DNA of 64,000 nucleotides from Pseudomonadota bacterium. GTDB taxonomy: Bacteria > Pseudomonadota > Alphaproteobacteria > Caulobacterales > Caulobacteraceae. Where the stretch lies: NCBI GenBank assembly GCA_963205005.1, contig CAUJHW010000119.1:14438-78437 (forward strand), written 5' to 3'. Below the pieces are notes generated by a model that saw only the letters and a list, made by a program, of their open reading frames with translations, was not told where the DNA came from and searched no databases. Positions 60,060 through 64,000 of the stretch are shown one piece after another. Positions within the stretch are counted from its first letter, which is position 1. Each line of letters starts with the position of its first letter. The position numbers were made by a program, and so were the translations under genes.

Positions 60060-62942
60060 ATGACCGACACTCTCGACGCCGCCGAGCCGACGCTGGCCGA
60101 TATCCCCCGCGACCACACCCAGGACGGACCGGCGATCCGGCTCTACCTGGTGGACGGCTCGGGCTTCATCTTCCGGGCCTTCCACGCCCTGCCGCCGCTG
60201 ACCCGCAAGTCGGACGGCGTGCCGGTCGGCGCGGTGGCCGGCTTCTGCAACATGATCTGGAAGCTGCTGGTGGACATGAAGACGTCCGCCGATGCCCCCA
60301 CCCACCTGGCCGTGGTGTTCGACCATTCCGAGAAGACGTTCCGCAACGCGCTCTACGACCAGTACAAGGCCCACCGCCCGCCGGCGCCGGAAGACCTGGT
60401 GCCGCAGTTCCCGCTGGTGCGCGAGGCGACCCGGGCGTTCGGCGTGCCGTCGCTGGAACTGCCCGGCTACGAGGCCGACGACATCATCGCCGCCTACGCC
60501 TGCAAGGTCCGCGACTTGGGGGGCGAGGTGGTCATCGTCTCGTCCGACAAGGACCTGATGCAGCTGGTCGGCCCGCGGGTGTTCATGCTCGACACCATGA
60601 AGAACCTGAGGATCGGAATTGATCAGGTTGCCGAGAAGTTCGGCGTAACGCCGGACAAGGTCGTCGATGTGCAGGCCCTCTGCGGCGATTCGGTCGACAA
60701 CGTGCCGGGGGCCCCGGGCATCGGCATCAAGACCGCCTCGGCCCTGATCAACGAATACGGCGACCTCGACACGCTGCTCAGCCGCGCCCACGAGGTGAAG
60801 CAGGACAAGCGCCGCCAGACCCTGATCGACTTCGCAGACCAGATCCGCCTGTCCCGCCAGCTGGTCCAGCTGGACTGCGACACCCCCCTGCCTGCGCCGC
60901 TGGAAGAGCTGGTGGTCGACGATCCGGACCCCGCGGTGCTGTCGGCGTTCCTGGAGCTGATGGAATTCCGTACGCTGGCCCGGCGGGTCGGCGACGGAAA
61001 GGCCGGGAATGCGGGTCCGGGCATCACCGTCGCCGCCACCCCGGCGCCGGAGACTAAGGCCCCCGCCGCACCCAGCCACGCGGCGATCGACACCAACGCG
61101 TATGAATGTGTCCGCGACCTGGACGCCCTCGACGCCTGGATCGCACGCGCCTACGCCGCCGGGACCGTCGCCTTCGACACAGAGACCGACGCGCTGTCGG
61201 CCACCAGCGCCAATCTGTGCGGCCTCTCGCTGGCGGTGGCCCCCGGCCAGGCCTGCTACATCCCGGTCGGCCACGAGAACGAGGGCGAGGGCGGACTGCA
61301 GCTCGACGCCCCCGCCGACCTCACCCAGATCCCGGTCGACGAGGTCATGGCAAGACTGAAGCCACTGCTGGAGGACCCCTCGATCCTCAAGGTGGCCCAG
61401 AACGCCAAGTACGACCTGGCCGTCCTCGCCCGCTACGGCGTCGACGTGTCGCCGGTGGACGACACCATGCTGATCAGCTTCGCCCTGGAGGGTGGCCTGC
61501 ACAAAAGCCATGGCATGGACGAGCTTTCGAAGCGGCTGCTGGGCCACGAGCCGATCAGCTTCAAGACCGTCGCCGGGACCGGCAAAGCCCAGAAGAGCTT
61601 CAAGCACGTCGAGCTGGGTGCGGCGACCTGCTACGCGGCCGAGGATTCAGACGTCACCCTGCGCATCTGGGAGCATCTGAAACCCCGGCTGGCGCACGAG
61701 AAGCTGGCCACCGTCTACGAGACCCTGGAACGGCCCATGCCCCGGGTGCTGGTCGACATGGAGCTGGCCGGCGTGAAGGTCGACCCCGACCGCCTGCGCC
61801 AGCTGTCCAACGACTTCTCCGTCCGCATGGCCGAGTTCGAGGTCGAGGCCCACCGCGTCGCAGGCCGCCCGTTCAACCTGGGCAGTCCCAAGCAGATCGG
61901 CGACATCCTGTTCGGCGAGATGGGTCTGGCCGCCGGTCGCACCACCGCCACCGGGGCCCAGTCCACCGACGCCTCCATGCTCGAGGAACTGGCCGCCCAG
62001 GGCCACGAACTGCCGCGCATCCTGCTGGACTGGCGCCAGCTCTCGAAGCTGAAGGGCACCTACACCGACAACCTCGTCGCCGCGATGGATCCGAAGTCCC
62101 ACCGCGTCCACACATCCTATTCCCTGGCCGCAGCCACCACCGGCCGCCTCGCCTCCTCCGACCCCAACCTGCAGAACATCCCGATCCGCACGGAAGAGGG
62201 CCGAAAGATCCGCAAGTGCTTCATCGCCGAGCCGGGGTATGTGCTGATCAGCGCCGACTATTCGCAGATCGAGCTTCGCCTGCTGGCCCATATCGGCGAC
62301 ATCCCGCAGCTGAGGCAGGCCTTCGCCGACGGCCTCGACATCCATGCGATGACCGCCTCGGAGATGTTTGGCGTGCCCATCGAGGGCATGCCTGCCGAGA
62401 CGCGACGCCGCGCCAAGGCGATCAACTTCGGCATCGTCTATGGCATCTCGGCCTTCGGCCTCGCCAACCAGCTGTCGATCCCCCGGGAAGAGGCCGGCGC
62501 CTATATCAAGACCTACTTCGAGCGCTTCCCCGGCATCCGCACCTACATGGACCGCATGACCCGCCAGGTCCGCGCCGAGGGCTTCGTCACCACCATCTTC
62601 GGCCGCAAGGTCCACATCCCCGCCGCCCAGGGCCGTTCCCAGGCCGAGCGTTCGTTCGGAGACCGGGCCGCGATCAACGCCCCGATCCAGGGCGCCGCCG
62701 CCGACGTGATGCGCCGCGCCATGATCCGCATGCCGCAGGCGCTGCGCGACGCCGGGCTGTCGGCCCGGATGCTGCTGCAGGTGCACGACGAACTGATCTT
62801 CGAGGCGCCCGAGGCCGAGGCCGATGCGGTGATCGCGGTGGCGCGGCGGATCATGGAGCGGGCGGCCGAGCCGGCCCTGTCGATCTCCGTGCCCCTGGTC
62901 GTCGAAGCCCGCGCCGCCGCCAACTGGGACGACGCGCACTAG
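60060..62942 (+). CDS. polA: DNA polymerase I
   Basis: LVDGSGFIFRAFHA, GYEADD, AFDTET, NLQNIP, ADYSQIELR, AKAINFGIVYG and QVHDELIF motifs. Confidence 0.98.
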   Translation: MTDTLDAAEPTLADIPRDHTQDGPAIRLYLVDGSGFIFRAFHALPPLTRKSDGVPVGAVAGFCNMIWKLLVDMKTSADAPTHLAVVFDHSEKTFRNALYDQYKAHRPPAPEDLVPQFPLVREATRAFGVPSLELPGYEADDIIAAYACKVRDLGGEVVIVSSDKDLMQLVGPRVFMLDTMKNLRIGIDQVAEKFGVTPDKVVDVQALCGDSVDNVPGAPGIGIKTASALINEYGDLDTLLSRAHEVKQDKRRQTLIDFADQIRLSRQLVQLDCDTPLPAPLEELVVDDPDPAVLSAFLELMEFRTLARRVGDGKAGNAGPGITVAATPAPETKAPAAPSHAAIDTNAYECVRDLDALDAWIARAYAAGTVAFDTETDALSATSANLCGLSLAVAPGQACYIPVGHENEGEGGLQLDAPADLTQIPVDEVMARLKPLLEDPSILKVAQNAKYDLAVLARYGVDVSPVDDTMLISFALEGGLHKSHGMDELSKRLLGHEPISFKTVAGTGKAQKSFKHVELGAATCYAAEDSDVTLRIWEHLKPRLAHEKLATVYETLERPMPRVLVDMELAGVKVDPDRLRQLSNDFSVRMAEFEVEAHRVAGRPFNLGSPKQIGDILFGEMGLAAGRTTATGAQSTDASMLEELAAQGHELPRILLDWRQLSKLKGTYTDNLVAAMDPKSHRVHTSYSLAAATTGRLASSDPNLQNIPIRTEEGRKIRKCFIAEPGYVLISADYSQIELRLLAHIGDIPQLRQAFADGLDIHAMTASEMFGVPIEGMPAETRRRAKAINFGIVYGISAFGLANQLSIPREEAGAYIKTYFERFPGIRTYMDRMTRQVRAEGFVTTIFGRKVHIPAAQGRSQAERSFGDRAAINAPIQGAAADVMRRAMIRMPQALRDAGLSARMLLQVHDELIFEAPEAEADAVIAVARRIMERAAEPALSISVPLVVEARAAANWDDAH

Positions 62943-63182
62943 GGCTCAGGGCTCAGAACCCGCGGGCGGTTCAGCGTCGTCGCCAGCGGCAGGATTGACG
63001 CCGTGACAGGCGCCGATGGTGTGGCGGCGATCGGCGGCCCGGCCGGCGCCTTCGAGGGCGGCCTGGTGGTCGTGCAGGACGATGTGGACGAGGGCTCGAC
63101 CGGAGCCCGGCAGAACTTCAAGCTCGTGGACTGGCGGGAGATCTCCCGCGCGCTGGAACTGAAGGGCGCCAACGCCCCCTAG
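62943..63182 (+). pseudogene. C-terminal remnant of a beta-propeller (3-)phytase gene
   Basis: RGRFSVVASGRIDAVTGADG...GLVVVQD...RQNFKLVDWREISRAL; no start codon; in frame after the polA TAG. Confidence 0.7.
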
Positions 63183-63267
63183 CCATCCGCATGTCATCCG
63201 AGTCCGGCCCGCCGGCCCCGTCAGAGGCCGGCGAAATCGCCACTGGCCTTTGACCCTGGAAGGTTCC

Positions 63268-63301
63268 TGGTGGAGCCGAGGGGAATTGAACCCCTGACCT
63301 C
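63268..63301 (-). mobile_element. att site: displaced 3' end of a tRNA-Ala
   Basis: GAGGTCAGGGGTTCAATTCCCCTCGGCTCCACCA contains the T-arm, acceptor strand with U70/A73 Ala identity bases, and CCA; no D or anticodon arm upstream. Confidence 0.85.
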
Positions 63302-63446
63302 CTCTCAGGAAATTAAACCGACCTACGGTCATATGCGCTTACCCACCCTTTCCCGAGAGCCGCCTTAGTAGATTGATTTAGCTGCACTTGTCTACGGTGT
63401 GTAATTCTGGGCGACGGCCTGCGCCGCTGTCTATGTTCGGGAAATT

Positions 63447-63498
63447 GCTTATCCAGTGCTTATCCAGTAGTTATTCAGCTCCCGATCTGGATAAGCAC
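63447..63498. repeat. integrase arm-type site array
   Basis: GCTTATCCAGT twice in tandem (63447-63468) plus inverted CTGGATAAGCAC (63487-63498). Confidence 0.7.
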
Positions 63499-63501
63499 CC
63501 C

Positions 63502-64000
63502 ATGGCAAAAGCGAAGCTCACGGACGGTCTGGTCGAAAGCATCGAGGCCGGCGAGCGCGACACCTATGTGTGGGACACCGCCCTCCCGCGTTTCGGGCTT
63601 CGCGTCACGCCGAAGGGTGCCGCTGACAGGCCGGCAACCCGCCTCTACCTCGTGCAATACCGGGCAAAGACCGTTCCCGGTCAGCCGTCGAAGACTCGCC
63701 GGATCACCATCGGCCAGCATGATGGAACGCTGTGGAACGCCACGAAGGCCCGCGCCAAAGCTCGCCGCATCCTTGCCGACGTTGACGGGCAACAAGACCC
63801 TTTCGCCGACCTTGCCGCCAAGCGAGAGGCCGAGCACCTGGCCAAGCTCGACGCCCAGGAGGCCGAGGCCGCCAGTGCCCGCGAGGCCGAACGCCGGGCG
63901 CTAGAGACGGTGGAGGCCCAGGCGGAACTCTACATCGCCCGCCGTCTGGCCAAGCGCCGCAGCGGCGGCGAGGCCGCCCGCCTGTTGCGTCACGGCCCGG
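63502..64000 (+). CDS. int: P4-like tyrosine recombinase/integrase, 5' part only (arm-DNA-binding domain)
   Basis: Manual translation MAKAKLTDGLVESIEAGERDTYVWDTALPRFGLRVTPKG...RRITIGQH...ARAKARRILADVDGQQDP; open to the window end, so absent from the ORF track. Confidence 0.88.
   Translation, partial: MAKAKLTDGLVESIEAGERDTYVWDTALPRFGLRVTPKGAADRPATRLYLVQYRAKTVPGQPSKTRRITIGQHDGTLWNATKARAKARRILADVDGQQDPFADLAAKREAEHLAKLDAQEAEAASAREAERRALETVEAQAELYIARRLAKRRSGGEAARLLRHGP

Noticed and set aside
63268-63345. Complete tRNA-Ala or tmRNA gene
   Set aside because: Only the T-arm, acceptor strand and CCA are present. The upstream sequence cannot form D or anticodon arms, so it is treated as an att fragment.

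Overview
High-GC alphaproteobacterial chromosome segment. Gene content and order point to Caulobacteraceae, probably Phenylobacterium-like (inference). The core backbone is moaC/moaB and moaA-D-E plus mocA; rplU-rpmA-GNAT-obgE-proB-proA-nadD-rsfS-(asd, amidase)-rlmH-EnvC-like M23-ctpA; vsr-cysK-C5 methyltransferase; recQ; recF-gyrB; polA. Accessory genes are interspersed: a class II photolyase, two TonB-dependent receptors (one in a FecI-FecR-TBDT signalling cluster), three PEP-CTERM (PEPxxWA) surface proteins, a DUF3883 nuclease, a quinohemoprotein PQQ dehydrogenase, an RTX protein and several catabolic enzymes. At the right edge a tRNA-Ala 3' fragment, arm-type repeats and a P4-like integrase mark the start of an integrated element. 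Best leads: (1) a PEP-CTERM protein with all three motifs of Cys-Gln thioester (TED) adhesins; (2) a Met/Thr/Ile/Lys-rich leader peptide with alternative RNA pairings upstream of asd; (3) a perfect LexA box before an unannotated 70-aa ORF; (4) two neighbouring secreted-type proteins sharing a position-fixed C-terminal motif; (5) a duplicated CCTAGGG-N17-CGTCT ECF-type promoter whose second copy has no obvious gene after it. Family assignments come from motif recognition by eye; no database searches were run.
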